Source: the human T2T-CHM13v2.0 reference genome, Homo sapiens | Length of the DNA stretch: 64,000 nt | Assembly: GCF_009914755.1 (NCBI RefSeq) | Contig: NC_060931.1 | Direction: 5' to 3' (one strand) | Shown: in pieces, positions 1-19,990 of the stretch | How the letters are laid out: the number at the start of each line of letters is the position of its first letter | Position numbering within the stretch: the first letter of the stretch is position 1 | Notes under the pieces: model-generated | What the model was told of the DNA's origin: nothing | Database searches by the model: none | The model's input: only the letters and a program-made list of their open reading frames with translations | Program-made: the position numbers and the translations under genes

Positions 1-862
1 GCAAGGCATGAGGCCAGCTCATGTCTGTAATCTCAGCACTTTGAGAGGCCAAGGTGGGAGGATCGCTTGAGCCCAGGAATTGAAGACCAGCCTGGACAAC
101 ATAGCAAGACCCTGTCTCTAAAAATAAAATTTAAAAATTAGCCAAGTATAGTAGTGCCAGCTACGCAGGAGGCTGAGGTGGGAGGATCCCTTGAGCCCAG
201 AAGATCAAGGCTGTAGTGAGCTGTGATTGCACCACTGTGCTCCAGCCTGAGTGACCTAGCAAGACCCCATCCCAACAAAAAAAAAAAGGAAAAAGAAAAC
301 TTGCCTTGGGGACCACAGTTAACTCACACATCTTTGGGTCCACAGCAGTTTCTAGTCATAACCGTTCGGGTGTGACTTTGGGAGGAGTGGCTCAGGTGGA
401 ATGAAGAAAATGACCATTCAGGTGAGGAGGTCAAGGAACTGAGAAGTCATGTGACAGGAGTTGGCTTGGATAGCAAAATCACAGTATGGGCAAGTGGATG
501 AGGGAGAAAGACCACGAATGCAGATGGCATTAAAGAGTAGGGAGAGGTCCCATGCTCAGTGGCTCAGACCTGTAATCCTAACACTTTGGGAGGCCAAGGT
601 GGGAGGATTGCTTGAGGATTGCAGGAGTTCAAGACCAGCCTGGGCAATAAAGCAAGACCCAGCCTCTATAAAAATTTTTAAAAATCACTTGGGTGTGGTG
701 GCGTGTGCTTGTAGTCCCAGCAGCTACGAGGGAGGCTAAGATAGGAGGATCGCTTGAGCCTAGGAGTTTAAGGCTGCTGTGATTGGTGATTGTGCCACTC
801 ACAGTACTCCAGAAATGAACAAAAAGAGTAGAAGGAGAGGGTAATATAGCCAAATGTCATGA

Positions 863-1130
<268 letters not shown>

Positions 1131-2067
1131 TAGCAGATACGGGGTTTCACCATGTTGGCCAGGCTGCTCTTGAACATCTGAGCTCAGGTGATCCACCCAC
1201 CTCGGTATCCCAAAGTGCTGGGATTACAGGCATGAGCCACTGCGCCCAGCCCATTTTTTAATTTTTTTGTGGAGATGGCGTCTCACCATGTTGCCCAAGC
1301 TGGTCTGTAACTCCTGAACTCAAGTGTTCCTCCTGCCTCAGCCTCCCAAGGTGCTGGGATTACAGGTGTGAACTTGTGCCTGGTGGAAGAATCAATAAAA
1401 GCCTGAAAGCAAAAATAAGATCAAGAAGAACACCATGCTATCTCTGTTTCCTAAAGTATGTGGGGTATAAGAAAATAAGCACCTTCGGCCAGGCTCAGTG
1501 GCTCATGCCTGTAATCCCAGGACTTTGGGAGGCCGAGGCGGGTGGATCACCTCAGGTCAGGAATTTGAGACCAGCCTGGCCAACATGGTGAAACCCCGTT
1601 TCTACTAAAAATACAAAAACTAGCCAGGCATGGTGGCGGGCACCTGTAATCTCAGCTACTCAGGAGGCTGAGGCAAGAGAAGTGCTTGAACTTGGGAGGT
1701 GGAAGTTGCAGTGAGCCGAGATTGCACCATTGCACTCCAGCCTGGGTGATAAGAGCAAAACTCCATCTCAAAAAAAAAAAAAGAAAGAAAGAAAGAAAAG
1801 AAAAGAAGCACCTTCTGTTTATGGTGATGTTGTGTTCTTGGAATACGTGTATATATTAGTTAAGGGCAGTAAATAAAGAGAATGATCTGGAAAGATGTTG
1901 AGAGTATTTGTTGATCACAGAGTAGAAATACTAAAGGACTCTGTGGAAGAGTTTGGGAGGAAGGAGAAGGGGTGAGAACTGAATCGGATGGCAGAAAGAA
2001 CTAAGCACTGTAAGAGTCAAAAGGAAACAATGGATAATAGATTTTTTAGCTGTGTGGGTATAGTCTT

Positions 2068-2146
2068 GCAACTCAAAGTGTATCCCATGAACCAGCATCA
2101 TTGGCACCACCTGGGAGCTTGTTAGACATGCAGAATCTCAGGCCCT
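2068..2146 (+). mobile_element. MER5A-like hAT DNA transposon fragment
   Basis: CTCAAAGTG...CACCTGGGAGCTTGTTAGACATGCAGAATCTCAGGCCC. Confidence 0.75.
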
Positions 2147-4293
2147 ATTGAAAAAGTTTTTATCTTGTTGCTTTTATTGCATGGGAATTTAAAAGAATTT
2201 ATTATATATGGGTGACTGGCAATGGCTCATTCCTGTAATCCTAGCACTTTGGGAGGCCGAGGTGAGAGGATCACTTGAGGCCAGGAGTTCAAGACCAGCC
2301 TGGCAACATAGCACAACACCATCTCTACAAAATAATTAAATAAATAAATAATTAGCCAGGCATGGTGGAACATGCCTGTATGTCCTAGCTCAGGAGGCTG
2401 AGGTGGGAGGATCACTTGAGACCAAGAGTTTGGGGCTGCAGTGAGCTATGATCATGCCACTTCACTCCAGCCTGAGTAACAGTGAGACCCTATCTCAAGA
2501 AAAAAAAACGTATTATTTATGTTTGAAACTGCGAACTTGATCCAAAAGGACCCCAGGGAGAATCCATTTGTATTTTACTCCTGGGATTTGGACAAGTCCG
2601 AGCACCTCTGAGAGACTGAGGAGTAGCCAAAAGAAGTCTACCTGTAGAAGATCCCAAGAAATCTCCTGAGAGATGAATCTCTAGGCAAGGACCTGACATA
2701 TGAGATTGTAACAAAGCCTTAGTCATTGAAGAGGCAGGGGATGACACTGAGTCAGTTTATTACTTAGATTTGTGTCCCCATTCAGCCCCCTCCATAAACC
2801 CATGTGAACTATGAGTCAACATTGAAAGGCCAATTTTCCTAAAATCTATGTATCACCATTGGTATACAAGGTTTGTCTTTAATACTCATTGATAAAGCAT
2901 GACATCCAAAGCACAATGACCCAGAATTCAGAAGAAATTTGGCACCTTGAAAAGTTCATCATATCCACCATGATGATGCCCAGAGAGGGAGAAGGTGGCA
3001 ACCGGGACCAAGTGACAGTGTGGTGAGCACCAGAAGTTGCGATGGGTGACTTTACGCAGCTTGGCAGGCAGCAGAATTCTGAACAACTCCTGCTGCTGGA
3101 GTCCAGGAAATAGACTATATAACATAGAATGTGGGCTTCAGAGTTAGATATGGATTCAAACCCCAAATGCCATTCCATCCTGCCTACATGGAGGTCCCTG
3201 ATAGAAGGCATGTGCCCGCTGATAATGGGTATCCAATCTCTCACAGTTCATTCATTCAACAAATACTTATTGAAGTCCCACAATATATCAGGCACCATGG
3301 AGGATATGGTAGCGGGCAAAGAAAATGAGCTCCTTTTGCTAATGAGTGAAGTGCAAGAGCTTGACTCACACTGTGCTATTGTCACAAAGAATTACTCCTC
3401 TGCCTTCTACCATTGGTATTCTACCATTTCCAAGATATAGACCCTTTGTCACCCCTCCACCAAGCTCCCTTTGGACAGTTGGATTTGAACTCAGTAGCGT
3501 TGTCTGAATACCTTCATTAGTTTCCTCTTGGCTCTCTGCCCTTCCCCTTTCCTGCACCCAACCAGCTCCCATTTGCTGGAGAGAAGAGCATTCAGATATG
3601 TCTCTTCTGACAGCTCTGATAACCTCATCAGAAGGAAAGAAAGTTACATAATCTGCAGAGAAGAGTGCAGCCCTTATTTACCTTATTTACCTTATTTACC
3701 TTTGCCTTGCTTTTTGCTTCTCTGGCCTTCCATGAAGAGAGCAAGTCTACAGCCTAGGGTTAACCCATTTAGGACCCTAGTTCTGGGGATCTCTGCCTCT
3801 GTGCTTAATTCTCTCAGAGGCTGGGTCCGTTTGAAGTTGCTTGCTTACCTTCCTGTTCACTGTACCAGCCAGCGTTCTTGAATGCAAAGAACAACCATAA
3901 CCCCTGGCTAACGTAAGTAGAAAATAAATTTATTAGAAGGATATTGGATGACTCAGAATTTGGCTGGGAAATGGAGAACCAGGCTTGGAAAACAGGCAGG
4001 AACCATAGGGCTGGCAGCTGGAGAGGTCTGGATAGCAGGACAAATGTCCCTGGCATCACATCCATCACCACTGTTCTGCATAGCTTGAACAGTGGCACTG
4101 TTATATCTGTTGCATGCTACTCCAAATAAAGCCTGGCTTGCTGTTCCTCCTTACATCACTCACTGTGAGTCCTAGCAAGACCGTTCTAGTTGCAGAGCTT
4201 ATGTCATACCTCTACTTTACCTGTTCACAAAAGCAGGCAAAATTTAGTACCTTTTTTTTTTTTTTTTGAGACAGAGTCTCACTCTGTCACTGA

Positions 4294-4470
<177 letters not shown>

Positions 4471-5411
4471 TAAGTGCTGGGATTACAGGCATGAGCCACC
4501 TCGCCCAGCCATTTTTTTTTTTTTTTTTTTTTTTGTGGCAAGGTCTTACTCTCTCAGGCTGGAGTGCAGTGGAGAGCGATCTTGGCTCACTGCAACCTCC
4601 ACCTCCCAGGTTCAAACAATTCTCCTTCCTCAGCCTCCTGAGTACCTGGGATTACAGGCGTGAACTACCATGCCTGGCTAATCTTTTCGTATTTTTAGTA
4701 GAGACTGGGTTTCACCATGTTGGCCAGGCTGGTCTTGAACTCCTGAGCTCAAGTGATCTGCCCACCTCGGCCTCCCAAAGTCCTGGGATTATAGGTGTGA
4801 GCCAATGTGCCTGGCCAGTAGCATAATGCTTGATTACCCTCTTTATTGCTCCCAGCTTCCCCTGGCTGATACTCCTCCGAATCTTATGGCTGAGGGATCG
4901 AAGAATCAGGGTTGACCATGGACTGAGGTGCAAAATCATATTTGCAAATGGGCTTCCATGGGTTTCATGCTGACCCTTTTTAGGTCCATCATGATATAGC
5001 CATCTTTCAGAATAGTGTCATTTCTTTTTTTATCCCTACTTATCCTTAGTTCCTTCTCGCTGGCTTTCTCCACCTTTCTCTTTGCCATGTTTCTCCGCAA
5101 CACTATTTGAACCTGTGTTTTCATGACTAAGACCCTTCTCCCAGCCTTAATCATTTCAAACTTGCAGTCCTCTACTGTGCTATATCTTTTTCACCTTTAG
5201 GACATTTTTACACTCGAAAAATCTGTGTACCTGTACTAAAGTTATTTCTCTTCAGCCATCTTATTCTGCTATTGAAACACTTCACTTAACTCTTGAACAA
5301 TCCTACTCCTAAAGAGAATAATTCATTCCCAAAAATTCACTTTTCTTTTGCATGTTACAAACTTCTCATTTCCATTATGTTTCATTCTTTCCTCTAAATT
5401 ACTACATTTAA

Positions 5412-5775
<364 letters not shown>

Positions 5776-6257
5776 TAACTCACTGCACTCTCGACCTCCC
5801 AAGATCAAGCAGTCTTACCGTCTCAGCCTCGTCAGTAGCTGGGACCACAGGCATGCACCATAATGCTTGGCTCATTTAGAATTTTTGCAGCAACAGGGTT
5901 TCACCATGATGCCCAGGCTTGTCTTGAACTCCTGGGCTCAAGCGATCCTCCTGCCTTGGCCTCCCAAAGTGCTGCGATTACAGGTGTAAGCCACTGTGCC
6001 CAGCCTACATTTTTTAAAAATTTGGAAATAAGTACTCCAAACAAGGTTTCAAAGACCTTCTTTTTCAGTGTTTATCTAATGTTATTTTTCCCCTGACATA
6101 TCTGTGGTCAGTATGTTTAGGTTTTTTTTTTTTAGTATGATATACAATAGCAAAATATAAAGTCTAAATGTCCATTGATAGAATACTGGCTAAAGAAATT
6201 ATGGTATATGCATATAATGGAATTCCATATAGTCATTAGAAGAATGACACAGATTTA

Positions 6258-6530
<273 letters not shown>

Positions 6531-7401
6531 TTAGCTGGGTGTAGTGGCTTGTGCCTGTAATCCCAGCTACTCAGGAGTCTGAGGCATGAGCATTGCTTGA
6601 ACTTGGGAAGCAGAAGCTGCAGTGAGCAGAGATTGTGCCACTTCACTCCAGCCTAAGTGACAGAGCGAGACTCTGTCTCCAAAAAAATAAAATAAAATAA
6701 AAGACACAGGAAACTAGCAATAGTGATGCCTCTGGAGATGGAATCTTGGATAGGGGGAAGTGGTGTGAGGGAGACATTCTTTTCATTACATGCTCAATAT
6801 GGTACCAAAATAAATTATTTCTACTGGGGGAAAATCCAGAGACATAGACAAAAACTGTGATAATTTATGATTCTCTGAAAGACCTTGAAAAATCACTCTA
6901 TTTAAGGATGATTTGGTTCATAGTTTAAATATTTTTTCATTTCGGCTCTCAGTTTGACTGCCACAAAAACTTTGGGAAAAACAGGATTTGGGGTTTCACT
7001 TTAATCTATTTGGAGAGGCTGATCTGCATTTAGGGGTTGGCTATCTAACTGTATCTTCCCTTCTGTGTTACTCACTCATTCAACAAGTATTTATTGAGCC
7101 TCTGGAGAGGCACCAGGGTCAGTGCTACACATTGAAGTGGCCCACATGCTGCAATCAGGTTTCAGATCCTCTGATGAGAATAAAGGAGAAGAAAATATAA
7201 AGCTGGTAACGCTAACTCTTGCTCTATCATTGAGAGCACAGTTCTGTGTGATTTTTCTCATTCTAAATCCTTGAAATACCAGTAAAGAGACTTTAAAAAA
7301 AAAGAATTTAAAAAAAGAAAAAACAACCTTGTATATTCAAGCAAATCTGTTTCCAAACTATGCAATTTTTTTCATGGCATGAGATTTTGTAGAACAAATC
7401 A

Positions 7402-7587
<186 letters not shown>

Positions 7588-7590
7588 TCA

Positions 7591-7935
<345 letters not shown>

Positions 7936-8839
7936 TCACTTGAACCAGAGGGGCGGAGGTTGCAGTGAGCAGAGATCAAACCACTGCACTCCAGCCTGGG
8001 CTTCAGAGTGAGACTCTGTCTCAAAAGAAGATGGGAGGGGAGGGGAGGGGAGGGCGTCATAGCAGAAGTTTCTGTTTAAATATTTTAAATATATATATTT
8101 AATTTTATTTGAATACTTTTCACAGTTTACTTGGGATCATAGAAATTTCAGCAAAATAATGCTACAAGATTGGAAATAAAATAATTCTCTTAGCCTTTTT
8201 TTCCCCCATTTGGCACTCTACCGACATCAAGCAATGCTATGAGAATCCAGTTCTTCTGTTATTTTCCGAAGATTTAGACAACTATTTCCACCTTGAGACA
8301 TCTGTAGAGACTAAATAAAAAGCAGAGTAACTGAGACAGAAATATGTGGTATTTCATCCAGCCAAGTTGCAATTGTAATGTTCATCATCTTTCCACTGAG
8401 GAAGGCTGGTGAAAAATAACAAACCCAAGCCAAAAAGGAAGCCATCAAGAGGCCACTAGAAAAACAAATGGACCATGAAAGCCTAAGGAACAGTAATCTC
8501 ATAATGATGATACAGATTATGGTGCATAAAGATAGATATGTCATTCGTTTCTTTGTTTATTCATTCATTCAGCTTAATAGTTAAGAGCACAGACAGTGGA
8601 GCCAGACTGCCTTGTTTTAATCCTAATTTTGCTATTTATTACTAGTGTGTGACCTTGTTCAAATTACTCAGCCTCTCTGGGCCTCAGTTTCCTTATCTGC
8701 GAAATAGTACATACCTCATTGGGTTGTTTAAAATTTGTCCTTCGAACAGTGCCTGTCACATAGTAGACATCACAGAAGTGTTTGTGAGATTAACACTCAC
8801 AAGTGTTAGTAAGTTTGACAAGTTATATGGTTTGACAAG

Positions 8840-9519
8840 TGATATGGTTTGGCTGTGCCCCCAGCCAAATCTCAACTTGAATTGTATCTCCCAGAATTCC
8901 CACATGTTGTGGGAGAGACCCAGGGGGAGGTAATTGAACTATGGGGGCTGGTCTTACCTGTACTATTCTTGTGATAGTGATTAAGTCTCACAAGATCTGA
9001 TGGGTTTATCAGGGGTTTCTGCTTTTGCTTCTTCCTCATTCTCTCTTGCCGCCACCATGTAAGAAGTGCTTTTTGGCTGGGCGCGGTGGCTCACACCTGT
9101 AATCCCAGCACTTTGGGAGGCTGAGGCGGGCGGATCACGAGGTCAGCAGATCGAGACCATCCTGGCTAACACGGTGAAACCCCGTCTCTACTAAAAATAC
9201 AAAAAATTAGCCGGGTGTGGTGGTGGGTGCCTGTAGTCCCAGCTACTCGGGAGGCTGAGGCAGGAGAATGGCGTGAACCCAGGAGGCAGAGCTTGCAGTG
9301 AGCAGAGATCGCTGCCACTGCGCTCTAGCCTGGGCAACAAAGCAAAACTCTGTCTCAAAAAAAAAAAAAAAAAAAAAAAAAAGAAGTGCTTTTCTCCTTC
9401 CCATGATTGTGAGACCTTCCCCAGCCACGTGGAGCTGTAAATCCATTTAACCACTTTCTTTTGTAAATTGCCCAGTGTCTGGTAAGTCTTTATCAGCAGC
9501 GTGAAAATTGACTAATACA
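8840..9519 (+). mobile_element. THE1 (MaLR) solo LTR interrupted by AluY
   Basis: TGATATGGTTTGGCTGTG...GACTAATACA termini typical of THE1. Confidence 0.9.
9075..9382 (+). mobile_element. AluY with 13-bp TSD (AAGAAGTGCTTTT)
   Basis: AluY-type GACCATCCTGGCTAACACG and GAATGGCGTGAACCC, long pure A tail, TSD at 9061 and 9381. Confidence 0.9.
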
Positions 9520-9839
9520 AGTATGCATTGAGCAACTAGTATGTTCCAGGCATTGAGCCAGGTGCTTGAGATACAGTGGTGAATGAAATAGTCACAGCAT
9601 CTGCCTCTAGAACTTTCGGACTATGGAGAAAGACAATCAAACAAGTGATTACATAATACGTGAGGAGTGTTTCGACAGCGGGTGTGTAAGGTGTTATGCG
9701 ATCATGGTGTGGAAGAACCTCCCTAACCCAAGTCAAAAGGAAATCTGGCTGTTCTAGAAAGGAGCTTTGCAGGGACCAAAAGAGGCAGTATAATATAGTG
9801 GTTAAGCGGCCCTGGGAAGTCCAGCTCTCTGGTTTTGTA

Positions 9840-10229
<390 letters not shown>

Positions 10230-10814
10230 TATCATGGCTCCATCACTTACTGGTTGTGACCTTGAGCAACTTGCCTAACCTCTCTGTGCCTCACATTTCT
10301 TTATTGATACAATGGGAGTCATAACTCTGTATGTGTCTTAGGATGTGGTGAGGACTAAATGAGTTTGTACACTGAGAACTCTTAGAACAGTACCTGGAAT
10401 ATGGTAAGCAACATCTACATGTTTTAATAATAAGAATTACTTGAATATTAAGTATTATTACATAATAAGTATTATTGCATGATGAAAATAGGATACTATA
10501 TTAACATAATAATATGATAATATTGTTACAGTTGATCTTGCCTAGGTCTCATTTTTAGCTTTACCTCTTCTTTTACGATACTGGTAAAAATTTTAGAGCA
10601 TTATGTTTGTCCTGCATCTTTTGCTTAAATTAATGTTATAACAAAAAATTTCTTTTCCTACCCCTTCCCTTTTAAGTCTAGTTTAGTACAGGTTTAACGG
10701 GGGACCTCTTGGGAAATATCAAAGCATATTCTAGAAATTGGAGTCACTGCATACACAGATAATAACAGCATTGTTGATAATGTATTTTGGTTTTCCTCTT
10801 CTAGAAATAACACC

Positions 10815-10980
10815 AAAATTGCAGTCAAACAGCTTAGGTTTCATACCTAGCTTTGCCACTTGCTAAGTTGTCTTGGGCAAGTTACTTGATTTGTCTGATC
10901 TTCAGTGTTCTCATCTGTAAAATGGGAAAATAATAATTCCTAATTTACTGGGTTGTTATGAATACAAATGAAATAATACA
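10815..10980 (+). mobile_element. MIR
   Basis: TTGGGCAAGTTACTTGA..TCAGTGTTCTCATCTGTAAAATGGG core. Confidence 0.8.
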
Positions 10981-11550
10981 GGGAGGAAGGAGGACTTTGT
11001 AATCTGCAAAGATCCATTCAATTAAAAATGGAGCCACATGCATTTGCCTCCTAAGATCTCATCCAGTTTCCTATATAACTGGCCACTTCCATGGGCCATT
11101 CATGTTGCTCAACAAATCCTTAGCCATTTGCCCCAAAGCTTTGGCTACTTACCTAAATTCCAGATCAATCTAGGAAGCCTATCTAGGGCTTAAATTGCTG
11201 GGAGGGATAGGTTTTTGAGAATGGGAAAGAAACTGAAACTGTTTTTTTCTCTTTGTTACTCCCTTCCCTTTCTCTTCTTTGTCCTTTGAACTTCCTGAAA
11301 AACCCTTGATTCACCCATTCAACAAAAGGGGAAGAGGTAAAATGAGTTTTCCTCCCTGTCTCTTATCTGGATTTCTGTGGTGCTTTATATACAGAGAGTC
11401 ACAGTGTATTGTGGTCATGTGTTGATATATTTGTCACTACTACTGAATCTCTTTTTTTTCCCCTATTTGTTTTTCATGGTGGGTTCTCAATAAATGCTTG
11501 TTGGATTGAACAGACTATAATGTAATTGAAGCTATTCAGAGCTCAGAATG

Positions 11551-11602
11551 TATTTCACACACTCAGATCAAGTGATTATTTCATACACTCAGATCAAGTG
11601 AT
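11551..11602. repeat. 26-bp tandem duplication (TATTTCAYACACTCAGATCAAGTGAT x2)
   Basis: Two adjacent copies, one mismatch. Confidence 0.9.
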
Positions 11603-12295
11603 TTATTCGAGACTCTCAGAGAGCTTGGTTAAAAATAAAGATCTGGATTCAGGCAATTTTGTTCAGAGAATTTTGGGGGAGTTAAATAGCTCTGGCTGCA
11701 GGCTAGGGTCTTCGTTATGGGAAAAAAGTGCAACATAGGAGGAATTGCAAAATACCTCCAGGAAAACGTCTGGGTATTTTTGAACCTTTGGCAGAGATGC
11801 ATGTCTGTCTGGAATTCACTTCTTTCCCTTCCCCTCCTGTCTCTAATCCTACGGCTTAACCCAGTAGCACATAATAAATAAGCACAATTTATAGAAATAC
11901 TTTTCTGAATCCTGATCCCTTGAAATTATGACCTGGTGATTCCTCCCCCCACCAATAGTTCTGAAGTCAACAGGGCATGTAAATATGGCAACTACATGTC
12001 CTGGCTTTTTCACCCCAGTTTTGATTTAAAATATTGTCTCTCAGTATCAGATTTCATCCCATTTTTGGTTCATATTCATGGAGATCCCATAATAAAACAT
12101 CTGTTAGATAACTACTGTCACATTATTTTTAAGACATTATGCTTTATTTAATTATGTTTTAATATGTGGCATGGGGAAAGTATTTGTATTTGAACAAATT
12201 CAAAACCTCACCAGCAATAAAAGTGCAAGATTCTGCTTTTTATTCTTATTTTTTCTTTCTTTTTTCCCATCCTAGCTCCTGGCTGATGAATATCT

Positions 12296-12390
12296 TTTCC
12301 TTCCTTCTTTCCTTCCTTCCTTCCTTCCTTCCTCCCTCCCTCCCTCCCTCCCTCCCTCCATTCCTCCCATACTTTCTTCTTTCTTTCCTC
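12296..12390. repeat. (CCTT)n/(CCCT)n polypyrimidine repeat
   Basis: Direct reading; a similar tract lies at ~35125-35190. Confidence 0.9.
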
Positions 12391-13199
12391 CATCTATTTA
12401 ACCATATGAAGAGGATACCATTAAAAAAAAAATAACTTCCAAATAACATCCATTTAAAAATGTTAGTATTTAGTGTTGGTGAAGTTTGGAAAATCAGTAC
12501 ATTCTCTAGCAGGAATGTAAATTAAAATCATCTTTAAAACAACTTTACAATATCTAATGAGAGTATTAAAAAGTTAACATGGCCTGGTGCAGTGGCTCAC
12601 GCCTTTAATCCCAGCACTTTGAGAGACCAAGGTGGGCAGATCACCTGAGGCCAGGAATTCGAGACCAGACTGGCCAACATGGCAAAACCCCATCTCTACA
12701 AAGAATGCCAAAATTAGCCAGGCGTGGTGGTGCGTACCTGTGATCCCAGCTACCCGGGAGGCTGAGGCAGGAGAATTGCTTGAGCCTGGGAGGCAAAGGT
12801 TGCAGCCAGCCAAGATCTGGTGCTTCTGGGTAAGGCTGCTGGCTGCCCTCTGTAACAGCCTCCTGGCTTTCAGGTTTCAGAACAATAGGCCATCTCCCTA
12901 GGCTCTGTCTCTTCTTATGCTCCAAAACCTGTTGGGGATCTTCTTCCCTTGCAGCAGTTTTGTCAGCTTTTGGTTTCTGGTTCTCTGCCTAGCCTTTAGG
13001 TGATGAATGTTTGCATGAACTGCCTCTGATTCTTAACCTGGCCTTTCTTTCACCCTCTTGAGCAACATGGCCCTTCCCACTCTGGGTGCAACAAAAGCAG
13101 AGAATGGGCTGCCTGTACAGCGAATAGGCCAGTGCCCCACAGTTTAACTGAGCTGCTCAGATCCATAGTTTAGGTTCAGCAAACTGGGGTTAGAAGCAG

Positions 13200-16070
<2,871 letters not shown>

Positions 16071-17633
16071 AGGAAAAAACAAACAAACTGAGATTACATA
16101 GAAGAATGCAGTTTCACCTCCAGCAGAGGTTCAGAATTAGTTGAATCCTCGGGCTGCAGGAGACAGGAATCTAGCTGAGGACCCTGCAATTAGAGCCAGG
16201 ATTCAAAATACCCAGGAGCTAGCAGGAGGGCAGCAGTACCTGGAAGTGAGGTTTCACTCTGGAGAGACTCTACTTGCTATGGATCCCAGCTTCCCACCTC
16301 CACAGCAAACAGACAAATGCTGCTCAGAGGTCCATTCGGTCACCATGAGCAGGTTAGGGGTGAGGGCAATGCTGAGATGGGCTAAAGGTCAAGGAACTCA
16401 AGATGGCCCGTTGTGGGGAGGAGCGATCCTCTAGGGTGGCCCAGATTTAGGTGCTGTCATTTCTTGACAACCTTTTTTGGTTGGCCCTAAGTAGAAATGT
16501 CATCCTGGATAATAGTAAATAGTACTACCTTCCATCTATATGTCCAGGTGCTGGACTAGTCTTGGTTGTTGAAAGGATTTTTGTACTTTTTCCCATCCTC
16601 AAGTTTTTGAGACAAGATGACTCTTACTCATAGTATTCAAAATACTACAAAAAGGAAAGAGGACTTTTTGTTAAATTGTGTCTGACAAAATAGTCAGTAA
16701 CAGGATATTAAGATGTCCTAGAATTGGGGAAATGAGGTCAAGAAAAGTTTATCCTTTTTTAAAAAATTATTATTATTATTATTATTATTATTTTTTTTGA
16801 GACAGAGTCTCACTCTGTTGCCCAGGCTGGAGTGCAGTGGCCAGATCTCTGCTCACTCCAACCTCCATCTCCTGGGTTAAAGCGATTCTCCTGCCTCAGC
16901 CTCTGAAGTAGTTGGGATTACAGGCACGAGTCACCGCTCCCAGCTAATTTTTTGTGTTTAGTAGAGACGGGGTTTCACCATGTTGGCCAGGCTGGTCTCA
17001 AACTCCTGACTTCAAGTGATCTGCCTGCCTCGGCCTCCAAAAGTGCTGGGATTACTGGCATGAGCCACCACACCTGGTCAGGAGGAGGTTATTTTTTGAG
17101 ATCCCCAGATCATTTACTCAGCTGTTTGTTGAGCCAGGTACCACACTAGTTGCTGAAGGTGATTACATGTGAATGGAAAATGGCCTCTGCCCCCATATTC
17201 TTTAGTAGGAGGGCTAGGCATGAAACAGTCTGCCAAATAATAATAATGATTATTATAAACTGTAAACTAAAATAGTGATCACACAACTTAATGGTTTAAA
17301 TGATCAGCTGCAAGAAATTCTACGAGATGGAGTGCAAATTTGTTATAGAACTATAGAAGACCCAGTCCAATCCAGAGACAGGGGTGCTTTTAATCTCATC
17401 AAGAGGTTGTTGAATGAATCAGTTCTGGAAAAAATGAAACACAACAACAACAAAAAGTTACCAGAAATAGAGTTTGTTTTCTTGGGAAAAAAGGGAGCAA
17501 ACGAACTAGATTTGTGAGTGACACAATGCCCTATAGAGAGAGTGCCTGGACCAGCCTCTCCAAAGATTTCAGCTGGCTGAGTAATATCTCTGGGTAAAGA
17601 AACTATTTTCATTTGGGATTTACTCTCCCCATG

Positions 17634-17665
<32 letters not shown>

Positions 17666-18029
17666 TGGAGACAGAGTCTCGCTCTGTTGCCTAGGCTGGA
17701 GTGCAATGGTGTGATCTCACCTCACTACAGCCTCCGCCTCCCGGGTTCAAGCGATTCTCCTGCCTCAGCCTCTTGAGTAGCTGGGAGTAGAGGTGTGCAC
17801 CACCAAGCCTGGCTAATTTTTGTAATTTTAGTAGAGATGGGGTTTCACCATGCTGGCCAGGCTAGTCTTGAATGCCTGGACTCAAGCAATCTGCCCACCT
17901 CGGCCTCCCAAAATGCTGGGATTATAGGCATGAGCCACTGCGCCGGGCCTCTCCCCAAAAAATTGAATTAATGAAAGTCAGTTCCCTCTGTGATTGAAAA
18001 GAAACTGCTAAAATTAAAATTTTAAAGCC

Positions 18030-19990
<1,961 letters not shown>

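Noticed and set aside
2780-2985. Minus-strand peptides resembling RPA3 (MVDMM) or Rab27 (YDELFK..LYQ..IDFRK)
   Set aside because: The similarity is limited to a few residues, with no P-loop and no extension of the match; consistent with chance.
11551-11620. Short repeats as a CRISPR-like or regulatory array
   Set aside because: Only two adjacent copies with no spacers; an ordinary slippage duplication in a mammalian genome.
12581-12817. Alu lacking its 3' end and polyA tail as a novel fusion element
   Set aside because: Most simply a later deletion; no TSD or second copy supports anything more.
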